A stretch of DNA of 61,568 nucleotides, the filler included, from Thelocarpon superellum (lineage: Eukaryota), in NCBI GenBank assembly GCA_026025795.1. It is 2 parts of 2 records of this genome, joined end to end, with 100 filler letters (N's around TTAATTAATTAA, not from the genome) between each part and the next. Parts side by side here need not be neighbours in the genome. Positions count along the whole stretch, not along the records: positions 30,845 to 61,568 come from JAPEUG010000198.1; 1 more part is not named here. The stretch is one strand, 5' to 3'. How positions within the stretch are numbered: position 1 is the first letter of the stretch; every line of letters begins with the position of its first letter. Below the pieces are notes generated by a model. That model was not told the DNA's origin, searched no databases, and worked only from the letters and a program-made list of their open reading frames with translations. This document shows positions 49,721 to 61,521 of this stretch, one piece after another. The position numbers were made by a program, and so were the translations under genes.

Positions 49721-51275
49721 TTAACCCAGGGCACTCAGATCCAACGGCACGCTGCTCCCTCGCCCTGCACGATAACGTTTCGGTCCGCCGATGAACTCGC
49801 GAGGCTTAGGAAGCTGGCTCTCATCCTGAAACCGCCACCGGGTATCGTCGATTCTTCGGTTTCCTCCCCGTGTGCTAGGACCGCCTTTCTTACTCGGACT
49901 CGCGCTACGTCCGGACGCACCACCGTTTGTCAGCGTGTACGTACTGGGATCAAGAGAACTGCGCGAGGGTCGGGCGGACGAAGGGCTTGTTTGAGGTGGG
50001 GCCGGCGCCACATGCAAACTCGTGGCCGAGGAACGAGACGGGGAATGCAACAAAGTGGAAGAGGCCGGTGCCGATGGTGGCGCCACAGGAAGGGGAGGAG
50101 CTGGCGGCGGAGAAGGTGCTTGGGAGGTCGGCCGATCACCGACCGCACGTCTAGCGGCTTGCATTGCTAAGGACGGCAAGCCACCACTATTCCCGCCCAA
50201 TCCCGAGCTTGACGCTGGTGTGGGCGGCGTCGGGCGGATGCCAGCAGGGTGTGATGATGGCGTGGCGGGCGGTGGTGGCGGGGGCGGAGCCGGAGGTGCC
50301 GGCGCTGTCGACGGCGGCGTGGGCGGAGGAGCCGAGGGAGCCTTTCGTGCGGAGCCAGGGAGGGGCGGAGGTTTCAGGTTGTTTGGTGGGGGAGGCGGGG
50401 CACGCGGAGGGAGAACACTGTTGACGCTGGAGAACGAATCATGAGCCAGAGAGGAGGGTCGGAGCGGGAAGCTTGAGGACGCCTTGGACGATGGCTTTGG
50501 GGGAGGCTGTCGCGGCTTCGGAGAGAAGGCTGAGGCCTGCGAAACCGGTCGCACTGCCGGTAGAGCTGGTGCGGTTGGCAGGGTGGGCGGTCTCGGGGCC
50601 GAAGGACGCGATGCCTCGGGGTCGGAGGCATAGGATGAGTCTCGATTAGCTAGATGGAAGACCTGTCAGCATCATCCCATCATCCAATCACTGCATCGCC
50701 TGGTCGTCGCAGCGGAACCTACCACCGGTATCGATACCGCCGCCTCTCTTCTTCAATTTAGGCATCCCTCCCGCAAAGAGACCACCGAGCTGCGGTGCCG
50801 CGGCCAGACCACCCGCATCATTGCCTCCATCTGTACTCCCGGTAGTGTCGCTATGGCTTCGGGCCCGGGTGGCGTTGGGGACCGGCGGCGCAAGGCCAGC
50901 TGGCTTCCCCAGACCAGGGATCGCAGGGGCGCCACCCAGCGGTGGACCCGCCGAGCTGCCGGACTCCTTCCCGACGACGGGAGCCGATCGATCGTTAGTG
51001 ACGGCCTTTTTCAGCCGCGCACCTTTGCTGATATCTGTTAAGAGGGCGCCCTGTTTCCACGATCAGCCTTCATTCCTGGGTCGGATAGGAGTCCATGGTC
51101 CTGCACGAAGGAGAGTGTATACCCGGTCTTTGCTGGCCCCGGGCGGTGGCCGTGCAGGGAGTGCACTGGCGGACGGAGCCCCTCCTGGAGGAGGCGGCGG
51201 AGGTGGGGGACCAGCACCTGCCTTAAAGCCGGGCATGGGAGGGGGGGGAGGCGGTGGAGGAGGAGGAGCCGGCAT
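49721..51275 (-). CDS. VRP1: Verprolin/WIP actin regulator (WH2 domain)
   Basis: Polyproline N-terminus, WH2 R|GALLTDISKGARLKKAVTNDRSAP, GGMPKLKKRGG and C-terminal RWRFQDESQLPKPREF...YRAGRGSSVPLDL. Confidence 0.92.
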
Positions 51276-51708
51276 GGCGACCGCCTCGTTGTTGTGCGGT
51301 GAGGACGGCTCGGACTCTGATGTTGCTTGCGCTTCTGAACGAGAGGATAGAACGGACAATGTGGGTGTTGATAGCAGTTGACGTAATGAGCGGCGCGTAT
51401 CAGAAGCTGTGTTTGGATAGAATGGATCAAGCTTGCCTGCTCGCCTGCAGGTGCCTCTCACTTGTATCGAGATCCCTACCACAGCTCGAGCCGCCGCCGA
51501 TTGCGGCGGCGATGGTCATTGGGCACGTGACGGAGGGCGTCCAAAGGGCCGGCGTGCCGGCCAGGCAGTTTGCAGTCTTGCACTCTTAGCCGAGCCTGTA
51601 GATAGCGGCCAAGCCTAAGCGTCGACGTGTCGGGGCTGTAGAACTCACGACCTCCAGCAACCTTCAGGAAGCCCAGTGTACAGATTGCTCCTCACCGTTG
51701 CCGGTGTC

Positions 51709-53004
51709 ATGAGGTCGTCTCGAAGTTTCCATGTGCAGAATATCTGCCGGATCTGCCGTCTCCGCCGTGACCTGCAGATCGTCAGACATCAGCCGCCAAT
51801 TTCCAATGGTCTACCCTGTCTCGCTGGCACCTTGGCCCGTTCAGTTACGTCCAGCTCCAGCCTCACCGACTCGAGCTCCGGATACCGCCGGTTTTCCACG
51901 ACGTCATGGAGGATCGCGAAGCCAGCAGCCACTTCCGTGCCCGGGCCATCCATCATTGCGGGTTTACCACTACCACGCGAAGATCAGCAAAATCCGAGCC
52001 GGGAGCGTGGCAAGGGCTCCGCAGTTCAGGCAACGGCCTCGGATGGAGAAGTATTGCAAGCGTTGAAGCTATGTCAAGAGCTTGCCGCATCGTTAGTCAG
52101 AGGCATGGCAACCCGAGAGTCGTCCACAGAGACGACCGATCGACTCAAGACCACGCCAAGCACCGCCATCCTCTCCTTGGAGGAAGATGGTACACGACAA
52201 GCCTCCCGCCCGGCGTCGTCTCTACAGTCCACCCCCAAGCCCGCATTGCCATCCACGTCGCGAGATATTGAGGAATTGTCTACGCTCGCGTACAATATCG
52301 TGGCTCATCCATCCGTCTTCATTACGCCCGCCATTCTTGAGTCCTACGTGAAATCCCAGACGCTCCTGCAGCGACCACAGACATTCCCCGAAGTCTTCCA
52401 ACTCTATACCAGCAAAGTAGTGACCGGCTCATCATCTCCCCCCAACCCTAATCAAGTCAAAAACGCCATCCCGCCCGCCGTGGCCAAGGCGGCGCTGGAT
52501 TCTGCCATGGAAATCAAAGATCTTACGCTAAGTCTCGCCGTCATTGAGACCACCTTCGCGACCTCCGCCTTCCGCCGATCCCAGGTCTTTTATCGAGCCT
52601 TGCCCGGCATCGTGGGCGCGGCCTTAGCTCCGTTTGCCGCCTACACGGTGGCATCGCAGCTCTCCCTCTACCAGAGCAGCATGGCTCCGCAGACCGCCAC
52701 CAATCTTGCCTTTGTCGCCATCCTCGCCTACCTGGGCTTCACGGCATCGATCGGGATGGTGGCGTTGACGACAGCGAACGATCAGATGGACCGCGTGACC
52801 TGGGCCTCGGGCATCCCCCTTCGAGAACGCTGGTTGCGAGAAGAGGAGCGCAGCGCCCTCGATCGCGTCGCCAGCGCATGGGGTTTTCGCGAACGCTGGC
52901 GACGAGGCGAGGAAGAGGGCGCGGACTGGGAGGCCTTAAAAGAGTGGATTGGGCGGAGGGGCATGGTCCTGGATAAGACCGAATTGATGGAGGGAATGCA
53001 ATGA
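51709..53004 (+). CDS. Conserved-looking fungal membrane protein, probably mitochondrial, function unknown
   Basis: Long ORF with a basic N-terminal presequence, 2 C-terminal TM helices and TTANDQMDRVTWASGIPLRERWLREEER. Confidence 0.7.
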   Translation: MRSSRSFHVQNICRICRLRRDLQIVRHQPPISNGLPCLAGTLARSVTSSSSLTDSSSGYRRFSTTSWRIAKPAATSVPGPSIIAGLPLPREDQQNPSRERGKGSAVQATASDGEVLQALKLCQELAASLVRGMATRESSTETTDRLKTTPSTAILSLEEDGTRQASRPASSLQSTPKPALPSTSRDIEELSTLAYNIVAHPSVFITPAILESYVKSQTLLQRPQTFPEVFQLYTSKVVTGSSSPPNPNQVKNAIPPAVAKAALDSAMEIKDLTLSLAVIETTFATSAFRRSQVFYRALPGIVGAALAPFAAYTVASQLSLYQSSMAPQTATNLAFVAILAYLGFTASIGMVALTTANDQMDRVTWASGIPLRERWLREEERSALDRVASAWGFRERWRRGEEEGADWEALKEWIGRRGMVLDKTELMEGMQ

Positions 53005-53138
53005 CAACACAGGCACCTGCACGACGTATATTCCTATGTACTCTCCGACGCATCAGCCAGACGCTACCACCCTGATGCACTTTCTGAGGCAACAATAAGA
53101 CCCGACCACCAATGCGCCTGGTCGATCCATGCGCGTGT

Positions 53139-54314
53139 TCAGGCTCGTCCTGCTCGCCCAACTTGAAGAATCTCTCCCGTTGTGCGCTCATCGCTCCGCA
53201 AGACGGGCCACGCCAGACCGGCCCCAGCCTCGCCAGGAGCGGCGGCATCCGTCGCCTTGACGAGCTCGAGCTCGAGCTTGGTGCCCATGATCTTGTAGGT
53301 CGAGGCCTGGGAATCCACAGCCCCGTACAACGGGACGTCGGCTCGGTATCGCTTGTTGTCGGTCGTGGGCAGGTCGAGCGCGACGGTCTTTGGCGCTGGG
53401 AATGTGATGCTGGCGCGGCTGGCGTCAATCTTCTTGAGGAACAAAGACGCGATCACCGTCGTGCTTGTTTGATAGAAGTCATGCCTGGTGCACGCGTATG
53501 AGGATCCGTGCACATGCATAGGACGAAGGCAAGGAGCCATGGCGGAAGGCGGAAAGAGAGAGCACGCACCTCACGCTATCGAGCATTTCTTCGCCCGCCG
53601 AGGTGCCCTTCTTAGACTTCCCCGATCCTACGAACATGTGGCGCTGCTTGGTGGCACAGCCTTTGATGCGCATAAACTCATCGAACTCCAGGACCCGCTT
53701 CTTGCAGCAAGTCCAGCCTTTGGAGCCCTCGTGGAAGAGCGCATGACCGGGATGGTAGATGCACTCCTCACTTTCCCGCGAGCTGCCTCCTTTGTACGCG
53801 ACGTCGCATCCACGTCGTCGGCAGGTCATCCCGGCGCTGATGCTGAGAGAAGGGTCGTCCGAGTCAGACTCGGGCGCAGGAGGAGGCGTTGCGACGGATT
53901 CGGGCTGTGCTTGTGCCGCCCTGCTCTGCGGAAGCGTCTGCGGGATCTCTGCAGAAGTCCCCGCATTTTGGCTCGGCGTGTCCACGGTCTCGAGTGCCCT
54001 CGTTGCCGGTTCGGCAGCGGGCGTGTCATCGACCGTCGAGTGTTTACCTTGCGTGCAGGGAGTGATGGCGAGGAACTCATCGAAGGAGAGGACCCGCGGC
54101 TTGCAGCATTTCCATCCTGCGCCCAATTCATAGCTCAGCCAAAGCACCTTTCCGTTGGTTCGAAGGAGGGATGCCATTCGAATAGCCTTGGCTCCGTACC
54201 TTTCTGGCCCTCGTGGAAGACCGGTGGTCCAGGGTGGTAGTTGCACTCTTCGTCCGCGTCGGTAAAGGACTTCCCACAACCCTTGTGCACGCATTTCTGC
54301 ACCGCCATGGCCAT
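53139..54314 (-). CDS. CHORD-CHORD-CS Hsp90 co-chaperone (Chp1/CHORDC1/Rar1-like)
   Basis: CVHKGCGK...CNYHPGPPVFHEGQK|GWKCC, second CHORD CRRRGC...CIYHPG..FHEGSKGWTCC, CS domain RHDFYQT...MGTKLELELVK. Confidence 0.93.
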
Positions 54315-54637
54315 CAGACGATCGGGTTCCGCTGCTAGTCACGTAGAGTCGGTGGCGATGACGGCGCGAGGGTGGCGGGCCCGATGCCACCTCTAATAAG
54401 GGCCCCCGGCCCCTCGCGAGCACAACAGCACGGAGCACGGGAGAAACATCTTGGAAAGCGGTGAGGAGCGGCAATTCGGTGCGGCGCGTCATTGGCCCGT
54501 GGGAGCCGGAGGCGGCGCGGGATACGCCGCCTCATTGGCTAGTTCGTGAGCGGTCATCCTTATGCCAGCTCGACCATCGTTTGAGACGAGTCGTCGTCGT
54601 CCAGTCACCGCATCACGCCACCTGATATCGAACCTAA

Positions 54638-55032
54638 ATGCGGCCCTCGGTGAGGATGCTGCAGCATGCGTGCCGTATCACCTTGTTTACCCGGGCGAAC
54701 TGCTCCTTGTGTGACCGAGCCAAGAGCATTCTGACTCTGGTTCAGCGCTCCTCGCCCTTCCTCTACCAGGAGATCGACGTGATGGGCCCCAACCAGCACG
54801 CGTGGCGTGACATGTATGAGTTTGATACACCAGTGGTGGGTCACATTGGTTCATGGGATTACTGAACACTTTTGACCCGTGGCCATGCCTTGGGCAGATC
54901 CATATCCAGCCAGCCACCGCTGCCGTCGAGCCCGGGCCCATGTCGGATCGACTACGCAAACTCATGCATCGTTTCACCGAGACAGAGGTGAAAGATCAGA
55001 TGCACAAGATTCAAAGTTCGCGAGAGGTATGA
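54638..55032 (+). CDS. Glutaredoxin-like DUF836 protein (YDR286C/C5orf63-type)
   Basis: ITLFTRANCSLCDRAK...WRDMYEFDTPV|IHI...KLMHRF; 1 intron. Confidence 0.87.
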
Positions 55033-55042
55033 TGTTCTGCCA

Positions 55043-56054
55043 CTACCGAGGCGAAACTTCCTTTGCTCGAGAGAGGGCCGATTTGAGGGCCGCTGGAAGA
55101 GCGACCCTGTCGGCTAGTCAATCGGGCCCGGTGCCATGATCGCGATTGGAGGAGAGCAACCAAGTGGAAGCCTTTGCCGGCATACTCTCGGACTTCTGAC
55201 CCCGAGCCGCAATAGAAGCCTGCCTACTTTCCGTTGTCCACGGCCGCCTCCAGGACCTTGGCGATGGCCTGGTGCAGAGCATCATGGATGACCCTCTTGA
55301 GGATGGGGTATCCGATGTTGCTCCTGAAACGGCCCCACGAAGAGCACATCTACCCCGGGGACCTTGGCAATCGCATCCACCTACAGCCCACCATCTCCCT
55401 GTCAGCTTTGCAGGATGACGCTGTCCCGGCAACCACGAGGCCAGCATACGTCTTGCAGCGCCTCTATGTTCTCGGTTTGGATAATGGTCAGCACGGTATC
55501 GTTCGCCTGCTGCAGATACTCTGTCCCGGATTCGTTGCCAAAGCTTTCCATGGAAAACGGCGAGCCGAATGCGCGGACGCCGTTCGGCGGAAATTGGCGG
55601 AGGATACCAGCCGTCGCGCATCCTATGCGTTGTACAGCAGGGGCATGATGATGCTGTGGGCGCCGGCGTCAAGGGCTCCTACGATCTCAGATGAGACTGC
55701 TGCTCAAACCGGACCACGGGACCGTGAGAGAATGTCTTACTCTACACCATCCACCCCTCATTGGCTGCGACCCTAACAAGTGGGCTCGCGCCGCAGGCTG
55801 CTATGGCTGCGACGGCCTCATGCATTGCTGCGGCTAAGCTCCAGGAAGCCCTGCATCAGCTGTGGGGTAGTGTCTTCGGCGTTGGCTGGCGACGTACCGT
55901 CAATATTGCCATGCTCTGTATCTACACACACCCAATCAAAGCCTCCACGAGCCAGAAGGCGGGAGTGATTGGTGCCCGGGAGCATTTGCCATGCACCAAA
56001 TACGGGTCCAGCGCCAGCCCGACGCGCCTTTTGATTCCGACTGGCAGCTTGCAT
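55043..56054 (-). pseudogene. HpcH/HpaI aldolase-family pseudogene
   Basis: Family motifs (WQMLPG, FDWVCVDTEHG, RALDAGAH, FPPNGVRAFG, DVLFVGPF) interrupted by in-frame TAGs at 55742-55744, 55623-55625 and 55224-55226 and by frameshifts near 55593 and 55322. Confidence 0.85.
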
Positions 56055-56506
56055 AATTGCGGTAGACTCGATCACTTGTGGTAAATTCTTCCACTGAAGC
56101 TAGAATCCCCAGATCTGAAGTGGGGTGCCACTTTCCTCCGTCAATTTGATGATCCAAGGAACTCATCCGATCGGCTGTAAGCACATGTCACAGTGGATGT
56201 CGCCGTCCTTGTCAGAATGCCATGACAAAAGCGCGGAAGCTTTAGTAGTCTTTTGGGATGACTCAGCATGGAATCCTCAAATGCTCCGACAGCGAGCACC
56301 CATCGTGATATCCCGGGCCAAGCTGTCAGAGTTACGGAGCTTGCTCCACAAGACATCTCGGTCTCGACATTCGTAGGAGCACCAAGACGGCTTTTCCTAT
56401 GCATGAAGCGGCGTAGCTCCGCAGCCGCCCGCGTCTCTCCCACCGTGCGCTGGTCGGTTGGTTGGCGACTGCACCGCTTGCCGCGCACCACGACCTTGAT
56501 CCAACC

Positions 56507-56937
56507 ATGTCTCTTCAACCCTACGTCTCCAGTGAGCGCCGCCTGGGACCTTCCTTCCTTCCTTCTTTCCTTCCTCCTGACTTCTGTATCTTCCTGCACA
56601 CATACACGGACAGATTGCCTCTATTTCGATGCACACATATACTGACTGATTGTCCCCGGCGACAGAACGCATTATGGTCGTGACTTCAGACGGCCGCACG
56701 CTGGTAGGACTGCTCCTCTCATGCGATCAGCTCACCAACCTCGTCCTGTCCAACACGGTGGAGCGAATCATCCGACCCTACGACGATCCCGAAGAGAGCC
56801 GCGAGGTGGAGCATGGCCTGTACTTGATCCGGGGCGACAACGTGGCGATTGTGGGACTAGTGGACGAGAAGACGGACGAGAGCATCAATTGGAACATGGT
56901 GCGAGGGGATGTGATCGGGGGCGTCAAGCACTCGTAG
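56507..56937 (+). CDS. LSM8: U6 snRNA-associated Sm-like protein Lsm8
   Basis: MSLQPYVS|KRIMVVTSDGRTLVGLLLSCDQLTNLVL...GLYLIRGDNV; intron 56532-56665. Confidence 0.93.
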
Positions 56938-57495
56938 CATGGTTCCGGGCCCTCGAGGGTCAAAACGGGGCGGGCATTTCCAAAGCTTGAGTGTTCAAAT
57001 GGGAAGGGCCGGCCGATGGTAACATGTGGACATGTCTGAGCGGCATCATGGCGTTTTCATTCAATTTTGGGATGGCCAAGATACTGTAGGTACTTCGACT
57101 GTCCACTCCTCTCATCTGCATGAGCCAGGCCTAATCAAGGATACCGTATAGTACTCGTCGGGGACTGACCCTCGAGCGCTCGCGGACGCTCCGCGTACCG
57201 AAACTCCCCCAATGCACAAAGTGAGCGCTGCTAAGAGACATTGGCTACATGAACGGACAGAAGCGTCGAGAGACTGTCGGCAAACCTTGACAGCGCCCAG
57301 GGCAGGCAGTCAAAGGATCAAAGGACACTCTGATGGAAGGCAGAAGCAGTAGAAAGTGCGAAATTTGGTGCTTTTGAAAGCCTTCTGCTCAATCTTCCTA
57401 TGATGGAAACCTTTGGGCAGGTAAAAGGGGAGAGACTATAGTACACTCGAGCCGGCTGACCATCACTTCTCTCCCGTCTTCTGACGACACGTCCG

Positions 57496-57930
57496 TCAAT
57501 TTACAATGACCTCGTTGGCTGCTTCGCTTGCACCATCCGCCGCGGCGTCGAGAGAGGAGAGCGATGTGGTTGCCGATGACGTAGCGGTGCCGCTGCTTGC
57601 ATCGGGTGTTGTTGGGGTCGGGTCCGGAGCGGGCGCCGGTGGTGGTGGTGGTGAGGCCGCGGCAGCCGCATTCTGTCCGTCGTCGAAAAGGCCTCCGCCG
57701 CCGCCGCCGCCGCCAAAGAAATCGCCCAGTCCAAAGAGTCCTGCTCGGCGGTCGATGCCGTTGGTGTCGTGGCTACGGACACCTAGCGCGTTGTACCGTA
57801 CGTCTCGTACCGAGTAGGGGCCGGATTGCAGCTCCGGGCCTGCGAGACGTCGGTCGATGACGCCCGCGACCGCGGTAAGCGATGAGGAGAGCACGATGAG
57901 CAGGGTGGTGAATGGTGAGGAGAGCTTCAT
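57496..57930 (-). CDS. Small secreted low-complexity protein (144 aa) with dibasic processing sites
   Basis: Signal peptide MKLSSPFTTLLIVLSSSLTAVAG, two IDRR sites, Gly- then Pro/Ser/Thr-rich; TATAAA at ~58110-58115 (minus strand). Confidence 0.72.
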   Translation of the reverse strand: MKLSSPFTTLLIVLSSSLTAVAGVIDRRLAGPELQSGPYSVRDVRYNALGVRSHDTNGIDRRAGLFGLGDFFGGGGGGGGLFDDGQNAAAAASPPPPPAPAPDPTPTTPDASSGTATSSATTSLSSLDAAADGASEAANEVIVN

Positions 57931-60201
57931 ACTGAGAAGGCAGAATATTATACGAAGGTGGTTTGGTAAGGTGAAATGTACAAGGAGGTAGAATCACAAC
58001 GAGCGCCCAGCACTTATTTGAAGAAGCTTCTAATGATAAAGGAATCGATCGAGGAGCGAGGCTCGAGTCCTGCTTGCGGATTGAGCCAGCTTGGGGGTCC
58101 TGCACAAACTTTATACACGTGCCTGAGATTCAATGGGTCGAGGAGAAGAGAACACCAGGAGAGGACCATGTCACAGCGTGGTGAGGATCTTATCGTCCCC
58201 TCCTCCGTTGACGATCATATTTCGCATAGGAACTGCTTTTGCATCCAGTCATAAAACGGCATTGAACGTCCGGCCTGTCAGTAGGCCCAACGGTTTTCTG
58301 CCCTAGCTGTCACAGCTATGCCGGTGTAGCACATCTGGAACTGGAGTGTAATCTTTGCATACGTTGCACGTCTGACCTCACTGAATGTTGGTCGATCATT
58401 CCTCGTTATAGACCTTAGCGCGATGTGGGATGTGGCGACGAGGTCGGCTCTTTTGCTGTTGGAGAGAGGTGGGGAGGAGGGCGAACGTCGTTCATATACG
58501 TCAAGCGCGCAGCTGATGCTCTCACTTGCCAAGCCTGCCTTGGCACCATGGCACCATGGCACGCGGCGACCAGGTCGGACCAACTTAGCTCGGGGTTAGC
58601 TGAAGGAGTGCTTGCCTTTCGTCCCCACAATAATGCCGACTCCGTTCGGGTTTTGCCGGAGATGAAGCGAGGATGTTGGGGTTGAAACCCCGACAGCTCG
58701 TATTTGCTGCCCAGCTACAGGGCCTATGGATAAGCCACTAACATAGTGCAGTACTACGCGCATGTGTTTGCTGGATCGCTTGCTTTTGGTATGAAGTACA
58801 CCCAAAGTAGACTGTCGACATCCTCAGTTTGCAGCTACTGAGATCCTTATCTATACAGTACAGGGAGTTAGTAGTGTGGGTACGGATGGCATGTTCTGAT
58901 GCAGGTCATGACGCAAGTCATTTGCAGTGCTGCTAAATAGCAACTCTTTGTCTGGAGCGCTCCCAGTTGCCGCCAGTCGACCGAGGGCAGCCACGGAGCG
59001 AGCGAGCAGGGAGACAAGGATTGGACGAAAATCAGAGCACCTTCCTTGAATGAGTCAACCACACATTCAGAAGACCTCCACACGTGGCTGTCGGGCAGAA
59101 GGTTGACAAATCACCGGCCGCGGTCGGTCATCATGCCCCTCTCTGCAGGCGCAAAGACAAAAAGGGACGCAGTGACGCGATGCGGGACGGCCATGCCATC
59201 TCCTACCATAGAACCTTACATGAGTGGAGGGTTCGTCCCGGGGCCACCACCCCTCACCAATAGTGTCTCGCTTGATTAGATGAACGTGGCACTTCACTGG
59301 AGCCCCGCGAGCGGCTGTCGCGGAGGGTGGACTTGGCCTCTGGTACGAGCACTCTAATCACCTGTCAAAGATCCAACATGTTCAGACCGGAACGGCGATG
59401 ATGCTCCGCAGCCGCACGTACAGTTCCGGCTCATGTTCGTTAGCATCGCTGCTACGAGTATGATTCCAAGAACCAACAGATTGCGGTCACGATCGTATTT
59501 CAAGGTCCTTCCGTCCGGCGGGAGCGTCGTCCGCCCTTCGTCAACAAGATTGGTGGAGGGTTGATTTCGAATAGCCCGTGATTCTTATACCCGATATGTC
59601 TTGCTTAGATGTTGTCTGGTCAAGAATCCAGGACAGCTCAAAGGGTCGCAATCCACGGAGTTCGTGGCGCGCCCCACGGTTCTAGAAATCGGTCGCCAAT
59701 CGGCTCCGCTCCTCGGACTAGTGAGCCACCAAGCCGTCGGACCAACCAACCAGAGATACGAAGCCGCCGGGGATTGTCGGGGGCATCGAAGAGCGTCATA
59801 CTCCCTACTTCTGTGCTTGAACTCTGCTCCTGCTCTCTCCAGAAAACTCCAGTCTCCAGTCCGATGCAGCACAGAAGATCCTCGGCCCCTCCGTCGAATT
59901 GACCATCGCGGCTTGGTCAAGGCGCTCGGCTGGCCAACGTAGCAGTCTCGACCGACCAACCGGCCATTCCCCGCCGCCGGCCTCACCGCCCACATTCCCA
60001 ACGTGGCTGGCAACAGATCGCATCGTTGCTACTCCCTATTTGACGAGCATTCCCATCGATCACAACAGCTCGAAGTCGCCCTCTCTCATCCATCCGCTCC
60101 GCCTCTGCGACTTCACACCACTCGACGAGCCGCGATTGGGCCGACGGTCACACCATGTCGACGCCGGTTTCCTGACCGGCTCCTCGTCCACACCGAACGA
60201 G

Positions 60202-61521
60202 ATGTCTCTCGGGGTGGCATTACAGTCGGTGCTGTACTACGTCGTCGCCTGCAGCGCCTGTCACAAGAGTGCGCACCGTCGAAGACGGAAGAGAGAAGCC
60301 GTCCTCGCCAAGGCGGAGAAGGGCGAGCTGGAGACGGAGCAGCCCGGTCTCTACCGCCATCCGTCGCCCTTCTCCACCAACGTCTACTGGAGAGAAGAGC
60401 AAGCCTTGGGCCCGGGACCACCCCAGCGACGAGCGGGAAAGAACGAGCGGGGCAGCCAACATCAGCTCCTCAGCGTGGGGCCCGGCAGTAGCGTGGGTAG
60501 CAGTGGAGGTTGCAGTCCGGGTCCGGGGAAAGACTCCACCGAGCTCCACCCTGCTGCCGAGGATACGTTGCATGGGGACAACTGGAATCGACGGCGATAC
60601 CAACGGGAAGATGAGGATCTGTGGGGACATGGTGTCCCTCCCATCCCGCACCGAGACCGCCGCGGAAGTAACGTCGGCTCCTCCATTGGATTGGTTGGAA
60701 TCGGTCGACCAGAAAAGGCGGCAACGGAGGATTACTATACGGCGCGAAATCCGCCGGTGAACGAGCTGCATCCACCCATCGTGAGCACGCATCCAACCAA
60801 CCGGAGCGAGACGCGATGGATGCTCCAGCCTCCACCCAGCGCCAAGATCATGGAAGGCAAGGAGCGGGCGACCCTCAGCCGGAGCGACAGCGGCGCCAGC
60901 AAAAAGGGACCAGACCCCGCATTGTCACGGCAAATTGGGGAACGACTGATGGAAGAAAAGCGACTGGCGGCCCGGCGATCCCACTTGGATGAGGCCTCGC
61001 GGTCGAGGGCATCATCCAAGGGCAAACGAGGTAATGCCGGGACCGCGACGCCCGACGGGCAGCGCCATGACCGGGATACCCGTGGATCACTCGAGACGAA
61101 CGCGTCCAAACGCGAGCGGCGCTCGCGCCGTCACCTTCGCACATCGACCTCGGAGGACTCGATCGGGCCTCTCGACACCTCTGCCGACCACGAACCGCCA
61201 GCAGACCCGGGTCAAGCACGACGATCCGTCCAATCGCCCACAAAGCTTGTCCCTCCCTCGCTGAGAGCAAGTCTGCAGAAATCACGGACGTCCTCCCCCC
61301 ATCCCCCCGTGCTCGCGACCATCTCTGCCAACACCGCGGCCTCCACAAACCAGCTCACCGTCCACCGCCCCGATGCCTTTCTCAACCGACGCATCACCGC
61401 TACCACACCATTGCTTCAAGAAAAGGGAAAGGGGGACATTTTCGATTGGAATGACCCGCCTTCACCGTTCACCTCTCGATCTCTCCTCGTCCAGCCCAAA
61501 AGACACAGTATGGATTTGTGA
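60202..61521 (+). CDS. Conserved-looking fungal hypothetical protein with hydrophobic N-terminus and basic cluster
   Basis: MSLGVALQSVLYYVVACSAC...HRRRRKREA, YRHPSPFSTNVYWREE, WNRRRYQREDEDLWG, NPPVNELHPPIVS and WMLQPPPSAKIMEGK. Confidence 0.75.
   Translation: MSLGVALQSVLYYVVACSACHKSAHRRRRKREAVLAKAEKGELETEQPGLYRHPSPFSTNVYWREEQALGPGPPQRRAGKNERGSQHQLLSVGPGSSVGSSGGCSPGPGKDSTELHPAAEDTLHGDNWNRRRYQREDEDLWGHGVPPIPHRDRRGSNVGSSIGLVGIGRPEKAATEDYYTARNPPVNELHPPIVSTHPTNRSETRWMLQPPPSAKIMEGKERATLSRSDSGASKKGPDPALSRQIGERLMEEKRLAARRSHLDEASRSRASSKGKRGNAGTATPDGQRHDRDTRGSLETNASKRERRSRRHLRTSTSEDSIGPLDTSADHEPPADPGQARRSVQSPTKLVPPSLRASLQKSRTSSPHPPVLATISANTAASTNQLTVHRPDAFLNRRITATTPLLQEKGKGDIFDWNDPPSPFTSRSLLVQPKRHSMDL

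Noticed and set aside
27413..51275. Actin-regulator cluster (ARPC2, verprolin, vezatin)
   Set aside because: The genes are dispersed and lie on opposite sides of the artificial join.
55224..55744. Amber (TAG) recoding of the aldolase, given three in-frame TAGs and a CTCTAA loop-like motif in the tRNA-like element at ~6283
   Set aside because: The gene also has frameshifts, the TAGs replace different residues (K, E, K), many intact genes here end in TAG, and the 6.3-kb element lacks anticodon and acceptor stems.
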